This document shows, in pieces, positions 36,679-46,546 of a stretch of 64,000 nucleotides of DNA. The stretch is taken from assembly GCA_020725645.1 (NCBI GenBank), contig DYEQ01000030.1:2863-66862 (forward strand), written 5' to 3'. Made by a program: the position numbers and the translations under genes. Each line of letters starts with the position of its first letter. Within the stretch, counting starts at the first letter, position 1. The stretch comes from Candidatus Fermentithermobacillaceae bacterium. GTDB lineage: Bacteria; Bacillota; Sulfobacillia; Fermentithermobacillales; DUSS01. The notes under the pieces were generated by a model. It was not told where the DNA came from. It ran no database searches and saw only the letters and a list, made by a program, of their open reading frames with translations.

Positions 36679-38555
36679 TATTCCTTACGCCTTCCTTTCA
36701 TTTTCGCCAGAGTTTCTTTCCTACCAGCGAGGATTTGCGCAACGTCAGCGATGCCCAGGGCGACAAGCTTCCTCTCGTCCGGTATCCCTTCAGAATCCAT
36801 CTCACGGAGCCGGTAGTACTCTCGGAGGGAGCGTTCGAAATCGTATCCAGGGATCGCGTCGAGGATCCTTCTGGGTAGGCGGTCTTCATCCGGCGACAAG
36901 CCGCACAATAAGTTGTAAACGCGTTTCACGTACCAGGTCCTTTCACCGACCTGCCACAGGTCCTCCCAGGACCATGTCCTGCCGGTAGCCGCGCTGACGA
37001 TGGCGGCAAAGGACTCGGGCGGAACGTACATCATGACGTAATTGCACATCACCGCCGAGCTCACCGCACCCGCCTGATTTTGGGAATAGACGAGGCCCTC
37101 TTCGGGACTGGATACCCCGGGATATCGCGATGAGGCGGAACCCTGAAGGTGACAAGCTCCTCTCGGGTTGGTCGCATAGGCGAGGGCACCACCGCCTTTT
37201 GAAGCCTTCGGATGGTGCATCGGAGCCTCAAGACCTTTAGAGTGCATGGCGAACTCCTCGGCGCCACGTCCGATTAGCTTGGCAGCTCGCTTCACTCCCA
37301 TCCCAAGGATCTCACCGAGCCCTCTCTTGAAGGCCATGTCCTCCACCAGTCTTACTACGGTCTCCGGATCACCCCAGGTTAAAGCGGGGGATGTACCGTC
37401 AGCTCCGGGATACCCGGCCCAGTCGCCGCTGAGGAGGCCTTTTTCCTTGCACTCCATGGCGAAAGCTATGGCGCTGCCCGTGCTTATGGTGTCGAGCCCC
37501 AGCCTGTTGCACAGGTCGTTGGCATAGCACAAAGCTTCGGGGTCGGCGAGAAGCGTCATCGGACCGAGGGCGGCGGCGCTTTCGTACTCAGGCGCGGGAA
37601 CCTGCCCCGTGGTCCTGAAAGTCCCCGAATCGATGCGAATGGTTCTTTTGCAAGCGATTGGGCAAGCAAAGCAAGTCCCGGGCTTCACCGGGTAGTTTTT
37701 GGCCAGTTGTATCCCGCTAATCTTCCCGGCGAGATCGAGAAGGTCGTCCCGGCGCCAGTTTTGCATCGGGACATCCCTCATTCGGGCGGCCAGTTCCATG
37801 CCGCCGTTGGTGCCGTATGTGTGGATGAGATCGATGAAACCGTTTTCTTTTGATCTAAATCTCGATCGAAAGGCCTCCAGCTCTCTGGCAAGGAGGTCCG
37901 GAAAACGTGGTTCGATCTTCCTCGTCCCTCTGACGACAATGGCCTTGAGCCTCTTTGAGCCCATGAGAGCTCCCAAACCGGTCCTGGCTGCGACGTGCCC
38001 TCTTCCGTGGACTATCGACGCGACCGGAACCTGGTTTTCTCCGGCAGGACCGATACAGACCACCTGAGAGCCCTTGCCTGCCGCGTCTTTAAGAGCTTCT
38101 TCCGTTTCAAAGGTATCCATGCCCCAAAGTTCGGGACACTCCCTGATCTCCGCGACCCCATCCCGGACCACCAGGAACACGGGAGTCCGGGAAGCCCCGC
38201 GAACAACCACTCCGTCGAAACCGGAAAACCTCAATTCTGCACCCCAGAAACCTCCCGCGCTCGACTCACCCCAGAGGCCGGTCAAGGGGGAACGCCCCGA
38301 TACCTCGAATCTCCCGGCTCCGGGAAATCTGAGGCCGGTTACGGGACCGGTCATGAATGCGAGGGGGCTCTTGGGCGAGAGGGGATCTTCCTCGGGAGAA
38401 AGCTCATCCAAAAGCATCCTGGCGGCGTACCCCGCGCCACCGAGGAACTTCTCTCGCCATTCTTCCCTGGGTTCCTCCGCGCGAATCTCTCGCGTCGTGA
38501 GATCGACAACCAGGATCTTTCCCCACGCCTCTGCTTCGCTTGTCATGATCCTCAC
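36678..38555 (-). CDS. aor: Tungsten-containing aldehyde:ferredoxin oxidoreductase (AOR family).
   Basis: N-terminal GKILVVDLTTREIRAEE and GGAGYAARML, with AOR_N and AOR_C domains. 625 aa. Confidence 0.85.
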   Translation of the reverse strand: MRIMTSEAEAWGKILVVDLTTREIRAEEPREEWREKFLGGAGYAARMLLDELSPEEDPLSPKSPLAFMTGPVTGLRFPGAGRFEVSGRSPLTGLWGESSAGGFWGAELRFSGFDGVVVRGASRTPVFLVVRDGVAEIRECPELWGMDTFETEEALKDAAGKGSQVVCIGPAGENQVPVASIVHGRGHVAARTGLGALMGSKRLKAIVVRGTRKIEPRFPDLLARELEAFRSRFRSKENGFIDLIHTYGTNGGMELAARMRDVPMQNWRRDDLLDLAGKISGIQLAKNYPVKPGTCFACPIACKRTIRIDSGTFRTTGQVPAPEYESAAALGPMTLLADPEALCYANDLCNRLGLDTISTGSAIAFAMECKEKGLLSGDWAGYPGADGTSPALTWGDPETVVRLVEDMAFKRGLGEILGMGVKRAAKLIGRGAEEFAMHSKGLEAPMHHPKASKGGGALAYATNPRGACHLQGSASSRYPGVSSPEEGLVYSQNQAGAVSSAVMCNYVMMYVPPESFAAIVSAATGRTWSWEDLWQVGERTWYVKRVYNLLCGLSPDEDRLPRRILDAIPGYDFERSLREYYRLREMDSEGIPDERKLVALGIADVAQILAGRKETLAKMKGRRKE

Positions 38556-38593
38556 CTTCCCGCAACCGGCCTGGAACCGAACGAAGGAAGAGT

Positions 38594-39388
38594 CTAGAGC
38601 TGCTTAAGGGCCGAATCCACCGAGCTTCCCCCGTGGACGATCTCCGCTATTGCCGCAACTATCCTGTCGGGATGTTCGTGCTGCCACAAATTCCGGCCCA
38701 TGCATACGCCGGCCGCCCCACCTTCCAGAGCGCCGCTCACGGTCTCAAGAAGAGCTTTATCGCTGTCCATTTTGGGCCCGCCGAGCACGAGGATGGGGAC
38801 GTAACAGGTACGCGCCACCTTCTCCATTCCCCACGGGGAACCCGGGTAACTCGTCTTGATGAAGTCTGCTCCCAGCTCCGCTGCTACACGGCAAGCTACC
38901 GCTACGGCATCCTCGGGGGCCATCGACTTCGCTTTTTCTCCCCTTGGAAGCGCTTCGACGAGGAAGGGAACCTGGAGTTTCTGGCATTCTTCGCTTAAGG
39001 AAGCGACGTAACTCCAGTGACCGTATTCATCCGGTGCGCCCGCGAATCCCATGCTGCACACCGCATCGGCCCCAAGAGTCAACGCCATCGAGGGTCCGAA
39101 CAGCTTGCCGAACCCTCCTCCGCTCCCCAGAGCGGTACTGCCGCCATCGACGCGAAGGATCACCCCGGCGCGACCAAACTGCGAGCCGTACCGGGTGATG
39201 ACTCCCGGCGTCGTCATGATGGCATCGACACCGCCCTTAACTAGCTTCTCTATGGCGTCGCCCGGGTTCTCGATCCCCGGGAGAGGTCCCATCCCGGAAG
39301 CGTGATCCAGGGCCACCACCACAGCCCGCCCGTCCTCCCTGAAGATCTTGTTCAACCGCAACGTCTTGCCGCCAACCATGAACCCCAT
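38594..39388 (-). CDS. Class I aldolase of the DeoC/LacD/FbaB (DhnA-type) family.
   Basis: About 264 aa of TIM-barrel aldolase with a Schiff-base Lys context (DFIKTSYPG). This is the family of archaeal-type FBA, tagatose-bisphosphate and sulfofructose-phosphate aldolases. Confidence 0.7.
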   Translation of the reverse strand: MGFMVGGKTLRLNKIFREDGRAVVVALDHASGMGPLPGIENPGDAIEKLVKGGVDAIMTTPGVITRYGSQFGRAGVILRVDGGSTALGSGGGFGKLFGPSMALTLGADAVCSMGFAGAPDEYGHWSYVASLSEECQKLQVPFLVEALPRGEKAKSMAPEDAVAVACRVAAELGADFIKTSYPGSPWGMEKVARTCYVPILVLGGPKMDSDKALLETVSGALEGGAAGVCMGRNLWQHEHPDRIVAAIAEIVHGGSSVDSALKQL

Positions 39389-39418
39389 ACTCTCCCTTCG
39401 TAAGGTTTTCGAAACCGC

Positions 39419-41077
39419 CTACGCCAGGAATCCAAAATACGCGCCGAGCACCGCAAAAGCCATCAACGCCAGGGTGATCCACAGTGCGGAAACACCCTTC
39501 TTCAGCAGCCAGTAGATGACGAAGACCAGCGCGAGCTCGGGAAGCTTCGGCATGAACCCGTCCAAAATCTTCTGCAGTTCGATAACCTGGCCTCCTGCGG
39601 TATAAGACACTTTGAACGCGACCTTGGAGAGCTTGGCCACCATGGTGCCGGCGACGACGAGGCCCGTTATTTTCGCTCCTTCGGCAATCCTGTCGATGAG
39701 ACCGCCCGCCCGCAGCTGGGTAAGGACATTAACACCGAGCCTGTAACCGTAATCCAGTAGATACCAGATAGCCCCTGCGTACATCAGCAGGAGAAGAACG
39801 ATGGAAAGCCACAGGCCGAAGGAGTTCCCCGCCTGCACCATAGCAGAACCGAGCGCCAATATTATCGGGGCCAGGGTGGCGTGGAAAATCGAATCACCTA
39901 TTCCCGCGAGGGGCCCCATCGTGGCTACCTTGATGCTCTGTACGGTTTCTGCTGTAACCCGCTGCGGATCTTCCGCATGCTCCTCCTCCAAGGCTACGAC
40001 CATTCCGGGGATTACTGCGCCGGCGTGAACATTCGTGTTCCAGAACGTCATATGCCTGGACAACGCCTCAGCTCTGTCCTTCCTGTCCGGGTAAAGCCTT
40101 CTGATGACCGGAACCATCTGATAGGCAAAGCCCCATCCCCCGAGAACGTCCCAGGAGGCCACGTTGAACCAGCAGGTGTTCCGCCACCAGAGAGAGACCC
40201 TCTCCGAAAGGGAAAGCTGCCTCCCACCAGAACCACCCACCTGGGCGCCGGCGGACTCCAGCACCATCTCCTCCCCAGCCTCACGCCCCTTCAGGGTCTC
40301 GACGAATATGGCCAGGCAAACGGCAATTGCCGCCATGGCCAGAGGAGGAACGTTAGCGAGAGTGCCTACGATGAAACCGGCGATGAAAAGCACAGTGAGG
40401 CTACCGGGGACCATGGTATAAAGAAGCAGCGCAAACCCGAGAAGCGGCAAGATACCTCCCAGTTTGCCCAGCCCCGCAGTGAGCCACGCCGGAAAGGCCT
40501 GAACCACTTTCTGAACAAGCCCCGTTCCGAAATAGACGCCCAGGAAGGCCGGAGTGCAGTTGATGAGCACCATCAGCGGCTGGAGAAGGGCGTTTGTAAA
40601 CTCGACTTTCTTTATATCCCCGTCCGCCGCGGCCTTCGCGCCAATTTGATAGAAGAAGGAGTTCCATGTCAGACACGCCATCATTAGCATCTGGGAAAGC
40701 ACGGCCACCGGCAAAACAAAGGCGACCGCCTCACCCACGCTGGCCCCAGCCCGGCTTACGAAGACTACGCCCAGCGCCGTGGCGACCAGCGGGTTTGGCG
40801 GAATGGAGGCGCCCACCACGAAAACGCCCAGGAACATGAGCTGAACGACGGCGCCAACCTCGAGCCCGGTTTTGAAGTCCCCTATCAAGAGGCCCGTAAG
40901 GGCGCCGACGATGAGCGGTCGCTGCATGATGTTCCTAATGTTGTGTATGATCCCGAGGATGATGCCTTCGGCGGTGGACTCCTTTTGCCTGGAAGCTATA
41001 AGGAGCTGAATCGGCCAGCCGCTTAGCAGGTACCATCCGCCTGTAGTTAAAAACGCCGCAATCGCAGGCCACAACAT
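39419..41077 (-). CDS. PTS mannose/fructose/sorbose-family transporter with IIC and IID fused in one polypeptide.
   Basis: The N-terminal roughly 250 aa are IIC-like. The C-terminal half is IID-like with the FWNTNVHAGAVIPGMV signature. Confidence 0.75.
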   Translation of the reverse strand: MLWPAIAAFLTTGGWYLLSGWPIQLLIASRQKESTAEGIILGIIHNIRNIMQRPLIVGALTGLLIGDFKTGLEVGAVVQLMFLGVFVVGASIPPNPLVATALGVVFVSRAGASVGEAVAFVLPVAVLSQMLMMACLTWNSFFYQIGAKAAADGDIKKVEFTNALLQPLMVLINCTPAFLGVYFGTGLVQKVVQAFPAWLTAGLGKLGGILPLLGFALLLYTMVPGSLTVLFIAGFIVGTLANVPPLAMAAIAVCLAIFVETLKGREAGEEMVLESAGAQVGGSGGRQLSLSERVSLWWRNTCWFNVASWDVLGGWGFAYQMVPVIRRLYPDRKDRAEALSRHMTFWNTNVHAGAVIPGMVVALEEEHAEDPQRVTAETVQSIKVATMGPLAGIGDSIFHATLAPIILALGSAMVQAGNSFGLWLSIVLLLLMYAGAIWYLLDYGYRLGVNVLTQLRAGGLIDRIAEGAKITGLVVAGTMVAKLSKVAFKVSYTAGGQVIELQKILDGFMPKLPELALVFVIYWLLKKGVSALWITLALMAFAVLGAYFGFLA

Positions 41078-41080
41078 CCT

Positions 41081-41602
41081 TCATTTTCCCTCCCATTTCC
41101 CTTTGATGAGTTCCATGACGTCCACCGGCCGGTCCTGAGGGACCACCCGGATCTCGCATTTCACCCCGTTGGCATCGAGTGCCCTGAAAGCTTCGATATC
41201 CTCTTCCCCCACCGAGACGGACTTGAAGATCTGCTTGCGTCCCTTGGCCCCTTGCATGTTTCCGATGCCACCGATGTTGCCCACGTTGATCGCGGCGACG
41301 GAAACCCCGCTTTTCACTAATTCCAGGGCCTCTTTAGGCGACGTACATAACACCATGACTTTCTCGTTGGGAGAAGAGAGGGGACCCTTTAGAAGCTCGC
41401 TCGCTCGCGCGAGATCTGCCACCTCCGTGACTACTCCCTTAGGAGCGGCCAGCTTGACCACCATCTTCCTGAGCTCGTCTTTTGCCACATCATCGCTGGC
41501 GATCAGGATTCGCCGCGCCCCACACGACGAAAGCCAGGCCGTGGTCACCTGCCCGTGAATCAGCCTGTCATCGATCCTGAGCAAAGCTAGCGCCAATGCC
41601 AT
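41081..41602 (-). CDS. PTS mannose-family IIB component.
   Basis: LLRIDDRLIHGQV is the IIB-Man phospho-His signature. Start taken at the internal Met (M125 of the ORF); the upstream 124 codons are not IIA-like. Confidence 0.75.
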   Translation of the reverse strand: MALALALLRIDDRLIHGQVTTAWLSSCGARRILIASDDVAKDELRKMVVKLAAPKGVVTEVADLARASELLKGPLSSPNEKVMVLCTSPKEALELVKSGVSVAAINVGNIGGIGNMQGAKGRKQIFKSVSVGEEDIEAFRALDANGVKCEIRVVPQDRPVDVMELIKGKWEGK

Positions 41603-41856
41603 CCCCCCCGAGAGTGCTCCATCCAAGACCGGATTTCTCGAGATGTTCGCTTCACCCCCCCACACTCCCGACACCGAAAACGGAACTGCCGGTGGAATCC
41701 TCGCTGACGTTCCGCTGAACCGCCTTAGACTCCCGCGGTGCCGGAGTCGTAGGTCCTCTCGTGTCCCGGCGCAGTCACCTCCCGAACCCCAGAACGCACA
41801 GGCCGTCGGCACCTCAACAGTGCTCTGTCCCTGGGCGTACAGAGGAACTGTAGAAC

Positions 41857-41886
41857 CTGCACATCTGTGCATGCCATTTGTGCACA
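41857..41886. promoter_or_regulatory. Cluster of GTGCAC-centred palindromes in the divergent PTS/sorC promoter region.
   Basis: TGCACATCTGTGCA at about 41857-41870 and TTGTGCACAA at about 41876-41886, both perfect palindromes. A third, ACATGTGCAC, sits near 41964, just upstream of the sorC start. Confidence 0.35.
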
Positions 41887-42007
41887 ATAAGCTTTCGACG
41901 CAACTCGTCAAAATCCTTCTCAGTGAAGGGAATTTCGGCAATTGTAGCGAACGACATTGTGAAAACATGTGCACGGAATGATAACGTCACGAAAGGAAGG
42001 TGCGTTG

Positions 42008-43042
42008 ATGAAGCAGCCACAACCAAGACCTGCCTTCACAAAGGATGAGATAGCCCTCATGGTGGCGGTGGCGGAGCTGTACCATACTCATCACAAGACG
42101 CAACAGGAAATCGCGCGCACCTTGGGCACCTCCAGGTCAAAGGTGTCCCGACTCCTGTCCAAGGCCGAAAAGGCAGGCATCGTTGAGGTGACGGTCAGAA
42201 ACCCGTACTCCAAAGCCGACAGCCTTTCCCAAGACCTCGCCCGCGTTTTCGGACTGGAAAAGGCCGTTGTAGTGCCGATGATCGCCGACAATCAAGAAGT
42301 CATCGCCCCGGTGCTGGGACGGGCGGCAGCTCAGTACATTTTGTCCCGTATGCCCAGGTCTACCGTGGTAGGCGTAGGAAGAGGCAGGTCAGTGAATGCG
42401 ACGGTCGAACAGCTCGCCCGCAACGTTCAGCTTTCGCCGGTCGCAGTTCCCTTGGCAGGGGGAATGGGAGCGCAGGATATGGCTTTCCCGGCTTCTGAGA
42501 ACGCACGGCGGTTGGCCGAGTATCTCGGCGGCTTGTGCACCTTCATCTATGCGCCAGCCCTGGTCCGAAACAAACGCATCAAGGAGTCGATACTTTCGGA
42601 AGACCAATCCAGAGAGGCCGTGCAGCTCTGGAACAAGCTGGACTGGGTCCTTACGGGAATCGGGACCATCCCCCCCTCTCATGGAGGTCCAGACAAATGG
42701 TTCCAGAAAGTCCTGGACAACTTCGTGAGAGAGATGAACGAGGTTCCCGTGGCCGACCTTTGCTCCTGGTTTATCCTCGGGGACGGCAGAATTCCCGTCA
42801 CGTCTCGGGCGTCGTGTCTTATCGGCGCCACTCCGGAGCAGATAAGGCGGGCGTCGGTTCGGCTGGCGGTGGCCGGCGGACTGCGGAAAGTCGAAGCCAT
42901 ACTGGGTGCCCTGCGCACAGGACTGATAACGGTCCTCGTAACAGACGAAAGGACCGCCGAAGCCGTCCTATCGTTGAACGAGAAGGATCACAAAAGGGAA
43001 AGCACGGACAAGATGAGCGAGTCCGCTCCGGGTTCCACCTAA
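42008..43042 (+). CDS. SorC/DeoR-family sugar-binding transcriptional regulator.
   Basis: An N-terminal HTH (QQEIARTLGTSRSKVSRLL) followed by a SorC sugar-binding domain. It is divergent from the PTS operon. The ORF track starts at GTG 41969. Confidence 0.8.
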   Translation: MKQPQPRPAFTKDEIALMVAVAELYHTHHKTQQEIARTLGTSRSKVSRLLSKAEKAGIVEVTVRNPYSKADSLSQDLARVFGLEKAVVVPMIADNQEVIAPVLGRAAAQYILSRMPRSTVVGVGRGRSVNATVEQLARNVQLSPVAVPLAGGMGAQDMAFPASENARRLAEYLGGLCTFIYAPALVRNKRIKESILSEDQSREAVQLWNKLDWVLTGIGTIPPSHGGPDKWFQKVLDNFVREMNEVPVADLCSWFILGDGRIPVTSRASCLIGATPEQIRRASVRLAVAGGLRKVEAILGALRTGLITVLVTDERTAEAVLSLNEKDHKRESTDKMSESAPGST

Positions 43043-43161
43043 GAAAGGTCATGAGAGCCTCCCGACCGCTTCGTCGGACCTAGCTGCGAGAAGCAAAAAG
43101 CTTGGCGGATGCTCGCGGGTTGCCGACGGGCGGAAGGTCGACGCATCCTCGGAAACCTCGT

Positions 43162-44640
43162 TCAGATGATTATGCAGATGAGCCCACCGGAACCTTCGTT
43201 GACTACCTTGCCCAGGGCTTCCTGTATCTTCTGTTTGGCGTTTTCGGGCATCCGCTCGATCTTTGCGGATATCCCTTCCTTAACGACTTCATGGAGAGGC
43301 TTTCCAAAGATATCCGTTGACCAGATCTTGCCCGGATTGTCTTCGAACTTCTCCATGAGGTAGTTGACGAGCTCCTCGCCCTGCTCCTCCGAACCTATAA
43401 GGGGGCTCACCGACGTCTCCACTTCCGTTTTGATGATATGAATAGCCGGTGCTCTCGCTCTGAGCCTGACGCCGTAGTTCCGACCCTGCTTGATAACTTC
43501 GGGTTCGTCGAAGATCATATCGGTGATGAGCGGCTCGACGACCCCATATCCGGTTTCCTCAGCTTCTTTCAATGCGAGCGACATCTTTTCAAAGGTCTTT
43601 CTGGTTTCGGCGTAGTCCTGGAGCATCGTTATGAGATCCGCCTTGTCAGCTATGTCCATGCCCGCTCTCTCGCTGAGTACTCTAAGGAAAGACTCATCGG
43701 TAGCTTCCATCTTAATGAAGGCGTTCCCCTGCCCCATGTCTACCCTCTCTACGGCGACGCCGGCTGCATATTCCCAGCTCCGAAGGTCTTCGACGCATCT
43801 GTCGATGTCCCGGACTCTCTTCACCGACTCCACGGCTTGCCGGATCTTGTTCTCCGCGGCTGACCTCAACCAGTGGTGAGCTTCGAGCACCTGTATCCAC
43901 CTGGGGATCGACACCGTAACCTGTTTCACCGGGAATTCGTAGAGAACTTGCTCCATGATGAGAACGATATCTTCGTGGTTCAGCTCCAGGCAGTTCACCG
44001 GTATTACCGGTACTCCGTATTCCCCTTCCATCTCGGACGCCAGTTCCGACGTGACTTCGGAGTAAGGGTCCTTCGAATTCAGCACTATTACGAAGGGTTT
44101 TCCGATTTCCGCGAGCTCTTTGACCGCGCGACGCTCCGGCTCAACGTAGTTGGCCCTAGGGATATCCACGATACTGCCGTCGGTCGTCACGATGATTCCG
44201 ATCGTAGAGTGGTCTTCTATGACCTTCCGGGTACCTACGTCGGCAGCTTCCTGGAACGGTATGGGTTCTTCGAACCACGGAGTTCTCACCATCCGCGGGC
44301 CCCTCTCGTCCTCGTAGCCCTGAGCACCCACCACCGGGTAACCGGTGCAATCGATCATCCTCACCCTCAAGCTGAGATTGTCCTTCAGGTCTATGGCCAC
44401 GCCCTCATCCGGAACGAACTTGGGCTCCACCGTCATGATGGTTTTTCCTCCACCGGCCTGAGGCAACGCATCCCGCGTCCTTTGTCTGTCGTATTCTCCG
44501 GTTATGTTGGGCAGTACGAAAACCTTCATGAACTCCCGGATAAATGTGGATTTACCCGTCCGCATGGGTCCGACAACGCCGATGTATATGTCCCCGCGGG
44601 TGCGCTCGGCAATATCCCTGAATATATCGAATTTCTCCAC
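43162..44640 (-). CDS. spoIVA: Stage IV sporulation protein A (spore-coat morphogenetic ATPase).
   Basis: It aligns along its whole length with B. subtilis SpoIVA: EKFDIFRDIAERTRGDIYIGVVGPMRTGKSTFI (Walker A), TIMTVEPKFVP, and the C-terminal NEGSGGLICII. The start is GTG after AAGGAGGGAG, giving 492 aa. Confidence 0.9.
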   Translation of the reverse strand: MEKFDIFRDIAERTRGDIYIGVVGPMRTGKSTFIREFMKVFVLPNITGEYDRQRTRDALPQAGGGKTIMTVEPKFVPDEGVAIDLKDNLSLRVRMIDCTGYPVVGAQGYEDERGPRMVRTPWFEEPIPFQEAADVGTRKVIEDHSTIGIIVTTDGSIVDIPRANYVEPERRAVKELAEIGKPFVIVLNSKDPYSEVTSELASEMEGEYGVPVIPVNCLELNHEDIVLIMEQVLYEFPVKQVTVSIPRWIQVLEAHHWLRSAAENKIRQAVESVKRVRDIDRCVEDLRSWEYAAGVAVERVDMGQGNAFIKMEATDESFLRVLSERAGMDIADKADLITMLQDYAETRKTFEKMSLALKEAEETGYGVVEPLITDMIFDEPEVIKQGRNYGVRLRARAPAIHIIKTEVETSVSPLIGSEEQGEELVNYLMEKFEDNPGKIWSTDIFGKPLHEVVKEGISAKIERMPENAKQKIQEALGKVVNEGSGGLICIII

Positions 44641-44733
44641 CGCGCTCTCCCTCCTTGCAGGTCTATGTAATCTATATGCCAAGCTCCGCGGGAAATTACC
44701 GGAATACATCACGCGCAGCCCGTGGTTTGCTGC

Positions 44734-44810
44734 GGGTAGCTTTCAACCGGGATAACTTTCAATTGGGGTGAGTTTGAATTAGGGTAAGTTTCAACCGGGG
44801 TAACTTTCAA
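44734..44810. repeat. Five direct repeats of GGG(T/A)(A/G)ACTTTCAA at a 16-nt period, upstream of spoIVA and abutting the gpsA stop.
   Basis: Copies start at about 44734, 44749, 44765, 44781 and 44797. On the spoIVA sense strand each reads TTGAAAGTTACCC. They lie 95-170 nt upstream of the spoIVA start. A sigma-E-like -10 CATATAGAT lies between the array and the RBS. Confidence 0.6.
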
Positions 44811-44811
44811 C

Positions 44812-45834
44812 TCAAACGCGCCACGGAGAAACCGAAAACTCCGACTCCTCTCTCTTCTCCCTGGCCATAATGAGGAAAACGCCGTCCCTGACCGGAAGGC
44901 CCTGGTAAAGGATGCTGTACAGTACGTCATTGATGGGCATGCGCACGCCGTACTTTTGAGAGAGAGCCTTCGCAGCTTTGACCGTCTCCACCCCCTCCAC
45001 GGTGTAGCTGGTCCTTCGCAAAAACTCCTCCAGACGCTCGCCCTTTCCCACGGCGATGCCTGCCTGGCGGTTTCTTGAGAGATCCGAGGTGGCGGTGAGA
45101 ACGACATCGCCGAGGCCGGAGAGTCCCGCAAAGGTCAAGGGATCAGCCCCGAGGGCCACTCCCAGGCGGGTGATCTCGGCGATGCCCCTGGAGATGATGC
45201 CCGCTTGGGCGTTGTGGCCGAGCTCCATTCCCTCCACCATGCCACAGGCAAGCGCAATTATGTTTTTAAGGGCTCCACCGAGTTCCACTCCTTTGACGTC
45301 CCAGTGGGTATATACCCGGAAATACGGAGTCATGAAGGCTTCCTGAGCTTTTTCGGCACACTCCCTGCGCTCGGCAGCGACGACGGTGGCTGCAGGCAGC
45401 TTTCGCGCTACTTCGATGGCGAAATTTGGACCGGATAACACGACAATATGATTCCTAAGGTCGGGTCGTTTTTTAGACCATAACGCAGACGGTCTTTCCA
45501 AAGTCGCACCGTCAAACCCCTTTGTGGCCGTTACGAGGAGAGCATCCCGGGGAATCAGCCCTCCCAGGTCCTCCACCACCGTATGGAGCGCCTTGGATGG
45601 GATAGCTGAGACGATCACATCGGCGCCTGCCAGCGCGGCAGAGGCGTCGCCCGTGAATTCCACGTTTTCCGGGACCAGGATACCCGGTAGCCGGGGTGAT
45701 GAACGGTTTTCCGAGGCCTCCCGGGCGGTTTTTTCATTTCTAGCCCACAGAAGGACGGAAAACCCCCGGTCGGCCAGGACGATCCCCAGCGCTGTACCCC
45801 AGGCTCCTGCTCCCAGAACACAAGCTTTTCTCAC
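44812..45834 (-). CDS. gpsA: NAD(P)H-dependent glycerol-3-phosphate dehydrogenase.
   Basis: N-terminal GAGAWGTALG Rossmann motif and a GpsA-length protein. The der-plsY-gpsA-spoIVA order matches Firmicute synteny. Confidence 0.9.
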   Translation of the reverse strand: MRKACVLGAGAWGTALGIVLADRGFSVLLWARNEKTAREASENRSSPRLPGILVPENVEFTGDASAALAGADVIVSAIPSKALHTVVEDLGGLIPRDALLVTATKGFDGATLERPSALWSKKRPDLRNHIVVLSGPNFAIEVARKLPAATVVAAERRECAEKAQEAFMTPYFRVYTHWDVKGVELGGALKNIIALACGMVEGMELGHNAQAGIISRGIAEITRLGVALGADPLTFAGLSGLGDVVLTATSDLSRNRQAGIAVGKGERLEEFLRRTSYTVEGVETVKAAKALSQKYGVRMPINDVLYSILYQGLPVRDGVFLIMAREKREESEFSVSPWRV

Positions 45835-45880
45835 GATGTGCCTCTCCCTATCCGGTTACTTTTGAAGACTCGGTCTTTTC

Positions 45881-46546
45881 TCACTTGCTGCGCTTACCGG
45901 CTGAATTTCCGAGCTTGCGTTCAGTACCTGAAATGAGTCTCCTTATATTGTCCTTGTGTCTTACGGTAATGAGAATACAAAACACGGCGATGGCGATTCT
46001 GTCGAATGAATCATATCGAAAGGAAAACAGGGTCGCTCCAAAGGCTGCCCAGGAAGCTATAAGACTTCCCAGAGAAACGTACCTGGATATTAGCACCGTG
46101 AGAGCGAAGACGGCGGTGGCGAACAAAGCGAGGCCGGGATACAGCGCCACGAGCACTCCAAAGCTCGCCGCGACGCCTTTGCCCCCCTTGAACCGGAGAA
46201 AGATGGGCCAGTTGTGGCCGGCCACCGCCAAAAGTCCCGTGAGGAGACCACCCATCCTGCCCCACGGAAGGTAAACCAGGCCGAGACAAGCTCCGAAAGC
46301 TCCTTTTGACGCGTCCAACACCAGGACCAGGGCACCCCAAGACGGCCCCAACACCCGCATGACGTTGGTGGCCCCTATGTTTCCGCTGCCCCGTAGTCTT
46401 ATGTCCTCCACCCCGCGGAACCTCGCCACGAGATAACCGAAGGGTAAAGCTCCCGCTAGATACGCAAGAAAACACACCCCTGCAATTGACAGAAAGCCTC
46501 CGGCCGGACAAACCCGGGGTAGAGCCGGCATCTCCAAACCGATCAC
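45881..46546 (-). CDS. plsY: Glycerol-3-phosphate acyltransferase.
   Basis: GSGNIGATNVMRVLG is the PlsY signature. Polytopic membrane protein. Confidence 0.85.
   Translation of the reverse strand: MIGLEMPALPRVCPAGGFLSIAGVCFLAYLAGALPFGYLVARFRGVEDIRLRGSGNIGATNVMRVLGPSWGALVLVLDASKGAFGACLGLVYLPWGRMGGLLTGLLAVAGHNWPIFLRFKGGKGVAASFGVLVALYPGLALFATAVFALTVLISRYVSLGSLIASWAAFGATLFSFRYDSFDRIAIAVFCILITVRHKDNIRRLISGTERKLGNSAGKRSK

Noticed and set aside
41603-41968. Treating the N-terminal 124 codons of the PTS IIB ORF (41603..41974) as a fused IIA domain.
   Set aside because: The sequence has no IIA-Man features, such as a conserved His in a beta-alpha fold. It is Cys/Arg/Ser-rich and low-complexity. An internal Met directly precedes the IIB signature RIDDRLIHGQV.
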